Part shown: piece by piece, positions 21,991-31,252 of the stretch
How positions within the stretch are numbered: the first letter of the stretch is position 1
Layout: every line of letters starts with the position of its first letter
Made by a program: the position numbers and the translations under genes
Notes under the pieces: model-generated
What the model saw: only the letters and a program-made list of their open reading frames with translations
Told to the model about the DNA's origin: nothing
The model's database searches: none
Source: Vulcanimicrobiota bacterium
GTDB taxonomy: Bacteria > Vulcanimicrobiota > Vulcanimicrobiia > Vulcanimicrobiales > Vulcanimicrobiaceae
Length of the DNA: 64,000 bases
Direction of reading: 5' to 3'
Assembly (NCBI GenBank): GCA_963844735.1
Contig: CAWJPK010000003.1
Span: 123,640-187,639, forward strand

Positions 21991-23625
21991 TTGCTAAGAT
22001 CCGCGGAGTCGAGCGTCGCCGCCGATTTGATCCTCTACAACGGCAACGTTTTGACGATGGCCGAAACGACGCACCTGGAAGCCCTTGCGATTCGGGACGG
22101 GCGCATCGTCGCACTTGGAACGAGTCACGACGTCCTGCGCTTGTGCGGAACCATGACGCGCTGCGTCGATTTGGCAGGCAAGACGGCGCTCCCTGGATTC
22201 ATCGAGACGCACAATCATCCGATGCACTACGGTTACGCCGCGAAGATTGCGGTCAACGCAAGTACGCCGCCTAACGAGACGATCGACGACGTCATGCAGC
22301 GCATCGAAGACCGCGTTCGATCGACGCCCAAAGGCGCGTGGATCCGGGCCGAACGGTACGACGATACGTTGCTGCGCGAGAAGCGTCATCCAACCCGCAC
22401 CGATCTCGATCGCGTCTCGCCCGATCATCCCGTCTACATGACGCACGTGACCGGGCATTTCAGCGTCGCGAATAGCGCTGCGCTCGCTATTGCGGGGATC
22501 ACGAAAGAAACACCGGAGCCTCCCGGCGGCATTATCTATCGCGATGAGTCGGGCGTGCCGAATGGCGTTCTCGCGGAGAGCGCCGCGCAAATGCTGGTCT
22601 CCGAGCATCTGCCCGTATTCAGTGAGGATGAGATGCTCGCGAGCTTGCAAGCCGCGAGCGACGAGTACGTCAAGGCCGGCGTTACGACCGCGCACGATCT
22701 TGGAATCGGTTTGCACGGCGGGACGCAGGCAATCGCGGCATATCATCGCGCCAAAGAACGGGGAGTCTTCCGGCCGCGTGTGTACGGTTTCTTGGCGGAG
22801 CAAATTCTGCCGGAGCTGGCCGAAGGGAAACTCGGACCGATGGTGCGCGCCATCGCAGGCATCGGCGACGATCATTTCCGGCTTGCCGGCGTGAAGATGT
22901 GGTCGGACGGTTCGATTCAGGGAATCACGGGCGCACTCTCGGAGCCGTACTATTGTCAACCCACGACGCGCGGCTTGCCGATTTACAGCGAAGATGAACT
23001 AACGCTGCGCATCCGCGCGTTACGCGATGCAGGTTGGCACGTTGCAATCCACGCGAACGGTGACGCGGCAATTCAGGCCGTCATCGCAGCGTACGAGCGA
23101 ACGCCGGGCGGACAGCGTTATCGAATCGAGCACTGCCAGACCGGGCGCGATGATCAGCTCGACCGGATCGCCGCGCACGACATTCATGTGTCGTTCTTTA
23201 TCAAACACGTCTACTATTGGGGCGATCGTCATCGCGATATGTTTCTCGGGCCCGAACGCGCGAAACGGATTAGTCCGCTCGAGTCCGCGCGCCGGCGCGG
23301 GATTCGCTACGCCTTGCATTCGGATTGTCCGGTGACGCCGGTGATGCCGCTCGAAGGTGTGTGGGCGGCCGTCAATCGTGTGACGAGCGGCGGCGCGGAA
23401 CTCGGGGCCGAGCAGCGCATCGACGTCGACAACGCGCTCCGCGGCTACACGGCGAACGCGGCGTACTTGTCGTTTGAAGAAAAGCAAAAAGGAACGCTCG
23501 AAACCGGAAAATTCGGCGACGTCGTCGTCCTCGATTGCGATCCGATGGCGATCGAACCAGCACAGCTGAATCGCGTAAATGTCGAGATGACGATCATCGG
23601 AGGACAGGTCGTCTTCGAGCGGTAA
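21991..23625 (+). CDS. Amidohydrolase (YtcJ-like), second copy, cytoplasmic
   Basis: ETHNHP, HANGD and HSDCPVTP motifs. TTG start. Paralog of 16973..18724. Confidence 0.85.
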   Translation: MLRSAESSVAADLILYNGNVLTMAETTHLEALAIRDGRIVALGTSHDVLRLCGTMTRCVDLAGKTALPGFIETHNHPMHYGYAAKIAVNASTPPNETIDDVMQRIEDRVRSTPKGAWIRAERYDDTLLREKRHPTRTDLDRVSPDHPVYMTHVTGHFSVANSAALAIAGITKETPEPPGGIIYRDESGVPNGVLAESAAQMLVSEHLPVFSEDEMLASLQAASDEYVKAGVTTAHDLGIGLHGGTQAIAAYHRAKERGVFRPRVYGFLAEQILPELAEGKLGPMVRAIAGIGDDHFRLAGVKMWSDGSIQGITGALSEPYYCQPTTRGLPIYSEDELTLRIRALRDAGWHVAIHANGDAAIQAVIAAYERTPGGQRYRIEHCQTGRDDQLDRIAAHDIHVSFFIKHVYYWGDRHRDMFLGPERAKRISPLESARRRGIRYALHSDCPVTPVMPLEGVWAAVNRVTSGGAELGAEQRIDVDNALRGYTANAAYLSFEEKQKGTLETGKFGDVVVLDCDPMAIEPAQLNRVNVEMTIIGGQVVFER

Positions 23626-23635
23626 GGTCGCGCCG

Positions 23636-24541
23636 ATGGAGACTGCGCAAGCCGGTATTTTTGCGCTGGGCGACGCAGCGCACGGATTCTTTGAATTTAC
23701 GCTACGGCCCGGAGCCGATGCCGCGGCGGCGGCGACGGCGCTCATCGGGGTACGCGAACCGCGCTCGACCGTCGGCGGCGCGAATCGCGTGATCGGATTC
23801 CGGCCGTCGTTGTGGAGTAAGATCGCGCCGAATGACACGGCGAAAGAGGTTCGTGATTTCGAGCCGATCCGCGGCGCAGACGGTTACAGCATGCCGGCGA
23901 CGCAAGCCGACATTTGGGCGTGGTTCTCGGCCGCGAGCTACGACATCGTCTTCGACATGGGGACGGAAGCGGTTGCATCGATCGCGCAATACGCGGAGCT
24001 AACGCGCGAGGTACGCGGGTGGTCGTATCGACACAATCGCGATCTCACCGGCTTCGAAGACGGAACCGAGAATCCGACCCTTGACGCAGCCCCGGAGATC
24101 GTCGTCATCGGCGATGGGCCCGGTGCAGGAGGCAGCGTTCTGCTCTTTCAGATGTGGCAGCATCGCAAGAGCGCGTTCTCCGATTTGCCGCAGAAAAAGC
24201 AAGAAGCCGTCATCGGCCGCACCAAACCCGACAGCGTCGAATTCGACGAAGCGAAGATGCCGCCGGATTCACACGTTTCGCGTACCACGCTCGACGTTGA
24301 CGGAAAAGAACTCAAGATCTTTCGCCGCAACGTTGCGTATGGTACTGTTTCCGATCACGGAACGATGTTCGTCGGATTTTGCGCGCAGCAGATGCCGTTG
24401 CAGCGGATGCTCGAACAAATGGCCGGGCTCGGAGGTCCGCGCGACGCGCTAACGCGTTATACTGACGCGCTCACGGGTGCGTACTACGTCATCCCTTCAG
24501 TGCAGGCGCTGCGGCGCTTTTGCCCGCCCGACGACGATTAG
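23636..24541 (+). CDS. Dyp-type peroxidase
   Basis: GFEDGTENP (GxxDG) motif and a YfeX/EfeB-like layout. Confidence 0.85.
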   Translation: METAQAGIFALGDAAHGFFEFTLRPGADAAAAATALIGVREPRSTVGGANRVIGFRPSLWSKIAPNDTAKEVRDFEPIRGADGYSMPATQADIWAWFSAASYDIVFDMGTEAVASIAQYAELTREVRGWSYRHNRDLTGFEDGTENPTLDAAPEIVVIGDGPGAGGSVLLFQMWQHRKSAFSDLPQKKQEAVIGRTKPDSVEFDEAKMPPDSHVSRTTLDVDGKELKIFRRNVAYGTVSDHGTMFVGFCAQQMPLQRMLEQMAGLGGPRDALTRYTDALTGAYYVIPSVQALRRFCPPDDD

Positions 24542-24926
24542 CCGCTCGGATTTTCTTCTGCAGCCGAATCAATCGGCCGTCTTCGAGCAGCTCGACGTCA
24601 TCGACGAGCGCTCGCATGATCCCAATGCCCATGTCGCGCGAATCGAGCGGACGTCCGAGCTTGCTCGGCATCATGGCGGCGCGCGCGCCTTCGACTTCGA
24701 TCTGAAGGAGCGAATGCTCTAAACGGCAGCGCAACTCGAAGAAGGTCTCTTGCGCAAAGCCGTGTTCGACGGCATTTGCAATCGCCTCGCCAATCGCGCT
24801 TTCAAGATCGGATTCCGTACGCGTGTCGAGGTGCAGAAGAGCAAGATATACGCGAAAGGCTTGGCGAGCCCGTGTCGCATGCCGGGGCGTACACGGAAAG
24901 CGCACGTTGAGCGGTTGAGGAACCAT
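24489..24926 (-). CDS. Anti-sigma regulatory factor-like Ser/Thr kinase (HATPase_c family)
   Basis: N-box-like GEAIANAVEHG. The start is taken at MVPQPLNV. No STAS or sigma-factor partner is nearby. Confidence 0.55.
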   Translation of the reverse strand: MVPQPLNVRFPCTPRHATRARQAFRVYLALLHLDTRTESDLESAIGEAIANAVEHGFAQETFFELRCRLEHSLLQIEVEGARAAMMPSKLGRPLDSRDMGIGIMRALVDDVELLEDGRLIRLQKKIRAANRRRAGKSAAAPALKG

Positions 24927-24995
24927 ACCAGTAAATACCCGTGCGACATAGTTCGCTGCCGGACGGCAAGTTGACCCGGTGACGCCTCGCACAGC

Positions 24996-25856
24996 TTAAC
25001 CGTGAGCTAGCGCAACAATACCCGCCAGCATGAGCGCAGCCGCGATCACGCGTTGTCGCGCGCGTTCGCGTTCTTTGAAGAAAAAGATGCCGTAGAACGT
25101 CCCGAACATGATGCTGAGCTCGCGCGCCGGCGCGACATATGAGACCGGCGTCCACGTCAGCGCCCACAGCACGAGTAGGTACGCGAGCGGGGACAGCACC
25201 GCAATCCCTATGGCCTCGAAGCGGAAGTCGCGATACGCTGCGCGGACTTCTCCCCATCGGCGCACGGCCACAGGTGACATCAGCACAAAGCGCACGACGT
25301 TTCCGCCCCAGTCGTACAGAATCGGATTGAGTGCGAGGGCCGTCATCGAATGCTTGTCCCAAAGCGTATACGCGGCGATCGACACGCCCGTTGCGAGCCC
25401 GTAGAATACTGAGGCCCGCACCGTCGCGTCACGCATGCGATGAAATCCTGACGCCAAGAAGACGCCGGCGACGATGATGATGATTCCGGCGCTCGCGACC
25501 GGCGTCGGCCGCTCGCCCAAGAAGATGATCGCGGCCATCGTCGAGAGTAGCGGCCCCGTTCCACGCGCGAGCGGATACACGACGGAGAGGTCGCCAAGGC
25601 GATAGCCGCGCTGCAGCACGATGAAATAAAACATGTGCAGCAAGCCGTTTCCGACGATGAACGCGATGTCGATCGGCGTAAAGGGTTGTGGCCAGAGCAG
25701 CCAAACAGCGATCGCAATCGGCGCGTAGAGCGACGTCGAGATCGCGAAATAGAGCCAAATGAACGGCGAGCTGCCGCTGGCACGTTTGGCGAGAAGATTC
25801 CATGTTGCGTGGAGGACAGCGGCGGTTAGGACGAGTCCGAGAGCGAGCGCGTTCAA
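24996..25856 (-). CDS. EamA/DMT family transporter
   Basis: Ten hydrophobic helices. The TTG start overlaps the upstream TGA (TTGA). The longer 355-aa ORF overlaps the upstream gene. Confidence 0.8.
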   Translation of the reverse strand: MNALALGLVLTAAVLHATWNLLAKRASGSSPFIWLYFAISTSLYAPIAIAVWLLWPQPFTPIDIAFIVGNGLLHMFYFIVLQRGYRLGDLSVVYPLARGTGPLLSTMAAIIFLGERPTPVASAGIIIIVAGVFLASGFHRMRDATVRASVFYGLATGVSIAAYTLWDKHSMTALALNPILYDWGGNVVRFVLMSPVAVRRWGEVRAAYRDFRFEAIGIAVLSPLAYLLVLWALTWTPVSYVAPARELSIMFGTFYGIFFFKERERARQRVIAAALMLAGIVALAHG

Positions 25857-27388
25857 ATGTAGTGTTTCAACTTCGGCCAGAGCGTCGCGAGCGGCACGCG
25901 AATTCCGCGACAGACCATGATGGGAATATCCGTCTCCCAGCCGATCGTGTACGAAGCGTTGAAGCGCGTCACAAGCTGCGCGCTTTTGAAGAGATGCATG
26001 GCTCCGCCGCAGTCTCCGGGGACGTCGATGATCACATTTCCGCTGTAGCCGCGTGTTCCCCAAAGCCAGTATTGATTGTGACCGCTGATGACGGGAACGT
26101 CCGGCGTGAAAAATTCGATCGCTGAGGCCTCGCCATAGTTGCTGGCGACGACGACAGCTTGCGCCCGCTCAGCCGGAGGCAGAGATTCGTAGACGCTCCT
26201 GACCGTTTCGGCAAATTGCGGCCAACCGTGCATGTCGGCCCAATCCCCCGGGAGCGGCGTCCTTTCGCGATTGCGTTCGGTCGCAAGGAGTGCCTTCGAC
26301 ATGTGGAGCGCGCGGCCAATTTGCGCTTGATATCCCAAGAACGTCTTTTCGGGAAGAATCGGCAGCGAGAACGGTACGAAGATCGGACCGAGAACGAGGG
26401 CGTACGCGACGATCGCGAAGCGTAAGGGGCGCAGGCTTGTGGTCCAACGTTCGATCTGCGTACCACCGGCCGCGATCAAGATCGGATAGACATTGGCCGG
26501 ATAGTAGTGCTTGCCATGAAAGGCGAGCATCTCCAGAATCAGCACGACATATGCATAACCGAGAAAGCGGTTCGGCGGATCGCGGAAAAGACAAACGAAT
26601 CCGATCACCCAAATGGGAAACAGAAACAGATTCGTGATCAAGATCTGCTGGACGAGGTACAGTCCGGGACCCGCGATGATGTTCTTGCCGTGCTGTCCGC
26701 TTTCGAGCAATTCCCACATCGGAAATCCGTAGTGCGCTTGCCACAGGACGGCGGGCAGCGCAACGACGAGCGCTACGCACGCACCGGCTCCGACCCAGAG
26801 GCTAGCGAGGAAACGCCGCTCCGGCGTGAGTAATAGCCCCGCGATGAACGCGGCCAGCAGAAAGAGCACGCTGTACTTGCTCTCGATCGAGAGTCCGGCG
26901 ACGAGCCCGAACAGCATCCACAGTCGCGGATCGGCACCCTTGATGATGCGTACGACGAAGAGGGCGAGCAGCGGCCACGTCCACAGTCCAACTTCGTCGG
27001 GGCCGACCTTCGTGCCGAAGCTCATCAGCACGCCGGTGAACAAGAAGGTGAGGGCGGCGAGCGCTTGCCCGAACGTGCCGCCACCGAACTCCGCGGCAAG
27101 CACACACGTCACATAGACGCCTGCTGCTGCAAAGAATGCTGGGACGAGACGCAACAGTAAGAGCGAGTGCCCGAAGACTTGGGTCGCCGCGGCCAAGAGC
27201 GGCACGACCGGCGGCTGGTCGACGTAGCCCCATTGCGGGTGCCGCCCGCAGATGATGAAGTAGAGCTCGTCGCGGAAAAATCCGTAATGGGCATTACCTA
27301 CGGCGTGGACGAGGAAAACGATGACGGCTGAAAAAAAGGCGACGCCAAGATGATGGCGCTGCCGGCCCCTGAGGCCCTGAGAGCTCAC
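25853..27388 (-). CDS. GT39/ArnT-like membrane glycosyltransferase
   Basis: N-terminal loop motif FFRDELYF, at least 10 TM helices and a C-terminal soluble domain. Confidence 0.75.
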   Translation of the reverse strand: MSSQGLRGRQRHHLGVAFFSAVIVFLVHAVGNAHYGFFRDELYFIICGRHPQWGYVDQPPVVPLLAAATQVFGHSLLLLRLVPAFFAAAGVYVTCVLAAEFGGGTFGQALAALTFLFTGVLMSFGTKVGPDEVGLWTWPLLALFVVRIIKGADPRLWMLFGLVAGLSIESKYSVLFLLAAFIAGLLLTPERRFLASLWVGAGACVALVVALPAVLWQAHYGFPMWELLESGQHGKNIIAGPGLYLVQQILITNLFLFPIWVIGFVCLFRDPPNRFLGYAYVVLILEMLAFHGKHYYPANVYPILIAAGGTQIERWTTSLRPLRFAIVAYALVLGPIFVPFSLPILPEKTFLGYQAQIGRALHMSKALLATERNRERTPLPGDWADMHGWPQFAETVRSVYESLPPAERAQAVVVASNYGEASAIEFFTPDVPVISGHNQYWLWGTRGYSGNVIIDVPGDCGGAMHLFKSAQLVTRFNASYTIGWETDIPIMVCRGIRVPLATLWPKLKHYI

Positions 27389-27904
27389 TGGTGGGCTCTG
27401 CTCTTGCGCGGAATCATCGCAGTCCTCTTCGGATTGCTGTGCTTCTTTTGGACCGGCGCGACGCTCATCGCGCTCGTGCTCTGGATCGGCATCTTCTTCG
27501 TGCTCGACGGCGCGTTCATGATCGTCGGTGCCGTCCGCAGCATCGCATCATCCCACGCGGGCCATTGGTGGTGGCAACTACTCGCCGGAATCGCCGGAAT
27601 CGCAGTAGGCGTGCTGACGTTCATCTATCCAGGCTTGACCGCGTACACCCTCACGATCTTCATCGGTGCTTGGGCGATCGTAACCGGCGTTTTCGAGCTC
27701 ATCACGGCGATTCGTTTGCGTGCCGCATTGCCGAACGAGTGGCTGTGGATTATCAACGGAGTGCTCTCGATTCTGCTCGGCCTATATTTCTTCGTGTTTC
27801 CGCTGGCCGGAGCGCTATCACTCGTTTGGATCCTTGGATTCTATGCAATCCTCGCCGGTATCGCGATGATCGCGCTTTCGTTCCGGTTGAAGAAGACGGC
27901 TTAA
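27350..27904 (+). CDS. hdeD: HdeD-family (DUF308) membrane protein
   Basis: Repeated W(W)xLLxGIxxIxxG helices. Confidence 0.75.
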   Translation: MMALPAPEALRAHWWALLLRGIIAVLFGLLCFFWTGATLIALVLWIGIFFVLDGAFMIVGAVRSIASSHAGHWWWQLLAGIAGIAVGVLTFIYPGLTAYTLTIFIGAWAIVTGVFELITAIRLRAALPNEWLWIINGVLSILLGLYFFVFPLAGALSLVWILGFYAILAGIAMIALSFRLKKTA

Positions 27905-28194
27905 CCGCCCGACATCGCGCCGATGATGAAGAACGGCTCGCTGCCGGTTGCGACCGCATCGGGGAGCGGCGTGTCGGGCGAATCGTGCGAGATGTCGCGC
28001 TCGCACGCGAAGAAACGTACGTACGCACGGCGCTTGCGCGTGACGTGATCGCGGATCGCACCGCGTAAGACCGGGAAGCGGTCCTCGATCGCATCGAGCA
28101 CGCTGCTCGGTGTGGCGCTCTGAACCTCGATCTGAACCTCTCCGTTGACCCGTGCCAGCGTTCTTAAGTGCGCCGGCAGTACGACGCGGATCAC
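27901..28194 (-). CDS. MoaD/ThiS-like ubiquitin-fold protein ending in Gly-Gly
   Basis: 97 aa, from [14 protein letters not shown].. to ..[10 protein letters not shown] followed by the stop. The GTGA overlap couples it to the upstream gene. Confidence 0.75.
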   Translation of the reverse strand: MIRVVLPAHLRTLARVNGEVQIEVQSATPSSVLDAIEDRFPVLRGAIRDHVTRKRRAYVRFFACERDISHDSPDTPLPDAVATGSEPFFIIGAMSGG

Positions 28195-29306
28195 GACAGC
28201 GTTTGCACCTCGACCGAAAGCACGGCGGGCAGATCGTGCGCAATCGCCTTCCAGCTATCGCCGGCATCCGCCGAAACGTAGACTTGTCCGCCGGTCGTCC
28301 CGAAGTAGACGCCGCATTCCTCGAGCGAGTCGACCGCCATGGCATCGCGCAGAACGTTCACATAGCAGTTGCTTTGCGGCAATCCTTTAGTCAGCTCTTC
28401 CCACTCGTTCCCGCCCGAACGGCTGCGATAGACGCGCAACTTCCCGTCCAGCGGGTAATGCTCTGAATCGCTCTTGATCGGGACGACGTAAATCGTCTCC
28501 GGTTCGTGCGCGTGCACGTCGATGCAGAACCCGAAATCGGTTGGAAGATTGCCGCTGACTTCATGCCAGACGTCACCGCCGTCGTTCGAGCGCATTACGT
28601 CCCAATGCTTTTGCATGTACAGCACGTCGGGACGCGTGCGGTGCATCGCAAGTCGGTGCACGCAATGACCGACCTCCGCGTCTTGATCGGGGATCTGCGC
28701 GGAACGCAAGCCTTTGTTGATCGGTCGCCACGTCTCACCAGCATCGGTAGTACGAAATGCGCCGGCTGCGGAGATCGCTACGAACATGCGCTCCGGGTTT
28801 TTCGGATCGATCAGTACCGTGTGCAGGCACATTCCACCGGCACCGGGCTGCCAGCTCGCGCCGGTGGTGTGCGTGCGCAGTCCGGAGAGCTCGCTCCAAT
28901 TCGCGCCGCCGTCGGTCGATTTGAAAAGCGCCGCATCCTCGACGCCGGCGTAGATCGTATCCGGGTCGTCAAACGAGGGTTCGATGTGCCAAACGCGTGC
29001 AAATTCCCACGGATGCGGCGTGCCGTCATACCATTGGTGCGTTCCGGGGACACCGTCATAAACGAATTTGTTTCCACTCGGTTCCCACGTTGCGCCGCCG
29101 TCGTCGGAGCGCTGAATCTGCTGGCCGAACCACGCCGACGTTTGCGATGCCCACAAGCGGTTCGGATCGGCCGGAGATCCCTTGACGTGATAGATCTCCC
29201 AACCACCGAAGAACGGTCCCGAGATCGCCCAGTTCTCGCGTTTACCGTCGGCGCTCAGAACGAACGCGCCCTTGCGTGTTCCCACCAGTACCCGAACTCT
29301 GCTCAC
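28191..29306 (-). CDS. BNR/Asp-box beta-propeller protein (sialidase-like or Ycf48-like fold)
   Basis: Repeated SxDxGxTW-type boxes ([41 protein letters not shown]). GTGA overlaps at both ends. Confidence 0.8.
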   Translation of the reverse strand: MSRVRVLVGTRKGAFVLSADGKRENWAISGPFFGGWEIYHVKGSPADPNRLWASQTSAWFGQQIQRSDDGGATWEPSGNKFVYDGVPGTHQWYDGTPHPWEFARVWHIEPSFDDPDTIYAGVEDAALFKSTDGGANWSELSGLRTHTTGASWQPGAGGMCLHTVLIDPKNPERMFVAISAAGAFRTTDAGETWRPINKGLRSAQIPDQDAEVGHCVHRLAMHRTRPDVLYMQKHWDVMRSNDGGDVWHEVSGNLPTDFGFCIDVHAHEPETIYVVPIKSDSEHYPLDGKLRVYRSRSGGNEWEELTKGLPQSNCYVNVLRDAMAVDSLEECGVYFGTTGGQVYVSADAGDSWKAIAHDLPAVLSVEVQTLS

Positions 29307-30454
29307 GCCGATGCTCCGTTTCTTGCGATAATCTGCATGCCGGCGGCTTGTACGGAGGACGTCCCCGTCAGCCCCATCGTCACGTCGAGTTCTTTCCGCA
29401 GTATTTCAATCGCCTTCGTGACGCCCGCTTCGCCACCGGCGCCGAGTCCATAGAGAAACGCGCGACCGATCATGCATGAGCGCGCACCGAACGCGAGCGC
29501 GCGCAGGATGTCTTGGCCGGAGCGAATCCCACCGTCGAACATGACTTCGACGTCATTGCCGACGGCTTGCACGATTGGCTGCAGTGCCGAAATCGAGGAC
29601 GTTGTGCCATCGAGCTGACGCCCGCCGTGATTGGAGACGATGATTGCAGCCGCGCCGCTCTTTGCCGCAATCTTCGCATCTTCGACTTCGAGGATACCCT
29701 TGAGGACGATCTTGCCGGGCCAAAGGTCGCGGATCCACTCGAGGTCTTTCCAGCTGAGCGACGGATCGAATTGCTGCGAGACCCATGTCGAAAGCGACGT
29801 GATGTCGTCCATCCCTTTGATGCGGCCTTGCAGGTTTCCGAACGTCTTGCGCTTGCCGCGCAAGATGCTAATGAGCCATGACGGTTTGGTCGCAACGTCG
29901 AGCAGGTTCGGAAGCGTTATCTCGAGCGGAACCGTCAGCCCGTTGCGGACGTCGTTGTGCCGCTGGCCGAGCATCGTGAGATCGAGCGTCACGACGAGCG
30001 CGCTGCACTTCGCGGCGACTGCACGAGCGATCAAGTCGCGAACGAAACCGCGATCGCGCATGACATACAGCTGAAACCAAAACGGTCGTTCGACGGCTCC
30101 CGCGACGTCTTCGATCGAACAGACCGACATCGTGCTGAGCGTGAACGGGATTCCAGCGGATTGCGCGGCACGAGAGGCAAGTATCTCACCATCGCCATGC
30201 TGCATGCCGCAGATTCCGATCGGAGCAAGCACGAGCGGCAGCGATGCAGGCTCGCCGAGGATCGTCGTGCCAAGCTCCCGCGACGTCAGATCGATGCCGA
30301 CGCGCTGACGGAATTTTATGGCTTCGAGATCGTCGCGGTTCGCGCGCAGTGTGGCTTCCGAGTAAGAACCAGCATCCGCGTAATCAAAAAACGCCTTCGG
30401 TACGCGACGTTGCGCGAGCGTGCGCAAATCGCCGATGCTGGCAACTCGTTTCAA
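29303..30454 (-). CDS. FMN-dependent alpha-hydroxy-acid oxidase/dehydrogenase (LldD/glycolate-oxidase family)
   Basis: [15 protein letters not shown] and a TIM-barrel layout. TTG start. Confidence 0.85.
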   Translation of the reverse strand: MKRVASIGDLRTLAQRRVPKAFFDYADAGSYSEATLRANRDDLEAIKFRQRVGIDLTSRELGTTILGEPASLPLVLAPIGICGMQHGDGEILASRAAQSAGIPFTLSTMSVCSIEDVAGAVERPFWFQLYVMRDRGFVRDLIARAVAAKCSALVVTLDLTMLGQRHNDVRNGLTVPLEITLPNLLDVATKPSWLISILRGKRKTFGNLQGRIKGMDDITSLSTWVSQQFDPSLSWKDLEWIRDLWPGKIVLKGILEVEDAKIAAKSGAAAIIVSNHGGRQLDGTTSSISALQPIVQAVGNDVEVMFDGGIRSGQDILRALAFGARSCMIGRAFLYGLGAGGEAGVTKAIEILRKELDVTMGLTGTSSVQAAGMQIIARNGASA

Positions 30455-30517
30455 TCGATCAGCCGTCTCATGCCCTCCCTCGGAGGTCTGTGAGTCGGCC
30501 TAAAAGCTCAATCCTGC

Positions 30518-31009
30518 CTAGCTTTGGAAATCGACGATCGATGAACCTGAGGGCGCACTGGAATAATTGTTGAGCACGGTTTGCGCGTCTTGATCGCTTT
30601 GCGACTGGATTTGTTCGAGCGTCGGGATGTTCGACGTTGCATCCGTCGTCGACGAGCCTGCGTTGTTCAGCATCGTCTGAATCGATTGTGCTTGCGTTTC
30701 TTGCTCCTGCGCATCGATCGCGACCCACTGCGCCAGGACGCTGTCAATGTTTAGCGCCGAGTTTTGCGGCGTACCGAACGAAACGTTGAAGAGCTCTTGG
30801 AGATCCTCAGATTGCAGGCTGTCGTACTCTTGAACGTACGGATTCGTCGTCGACGTGCTCGAGGTTGAGCTGCTGGAGCTCGTTGAGCTGCTGGTCGACG
30901 AAGTCGACGAGCTCGAGGCCGGCGCGATGCCCTCCGGGAGATTTCCCGACGGGTAGGTGTCCTCGGCCGGGGCCGGGACCGTATAACTGCCGATGGGGGT
31001 CGAGCTCAT
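30518..31009 (-). CDS. Acidic Ser/Thr/Gln-rich protein with no Lys, Arg, His or Cys
   Basis: 163 aa with a poly-Ser/Thr tract (ASSSSTSSTSSSTSSSSSTSSTSTT). No signal peptide. Third codon positions are GC-rich, like neighbouring genes. It lies 69 nt downstream of the small ORF on the same strand. Confidence 0.6.
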   Translation of the reverse strand: MSSTPIGSYTVPAPAEDTYPSGNLPEGIAPASSSSTSSTSSSTSSSSSTSSTSTTNPYVQEYDSLQSEDLQELFNVSFGTPQNSALNIDSVLAQWVAIDAQEQETQAQSIQTMLNNAGSSTTDATSNIPTLEQIQSQSDQDAQTVLNNYSSAPSGSSIVDFQS

Positions 31010-31078
31010 GCTTATCGACTTCGCCCGGGGCGAGAATGAGGCCCTGTGCTCGGCCGCACTGCCTGTGTAAACCTCGCG

Positions 31079-31252
31079 TTAGCGCGACAGGCCCATCATG
31101 TAGTCGTTCCAGGCCTTGATCCCGAGCCAGCCGCCGATCATGCCGCCGACCAGCAGGACGAAGAGCCCGACCATCAGGGCGTTCTTGAGGCCCTCCGAGT
31201 TATTCTCCAGGCGCAGCTCGTCGAGGCGCAGCCAGTGCGGCAGCTTGATCAT
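31079..31252 (-). CDS. 57-aa single-pass membrane protein translationally coupled to the RND pump (not in the ORF track)
   Basis: My own translation: MIKLPHWLRLDELRLENNSEGLKNALMVGLFVLLVGGMIGGWLGIKAWNDYMMGLSR, TAA at 31081..31079. ATG 31252..31250 overlaps the RND TGA 31251..31249. Confidence 0.6.
   Translation of the reverse strand: MIKLPHWLRLDELRLENNSEGLKNALMVGLFVLLVGGMIGGWLGIKAWNDYMMGLSR

Noticed and set aside
21994-23838. Minus-strand ORFs of 321 aa and 272 aa opposite the second amidohydrolase and the Dyp peroxidase
   Set aside because: They have shadow-ORF composition, and the plus-strand genes carry clear catalytic motifs.
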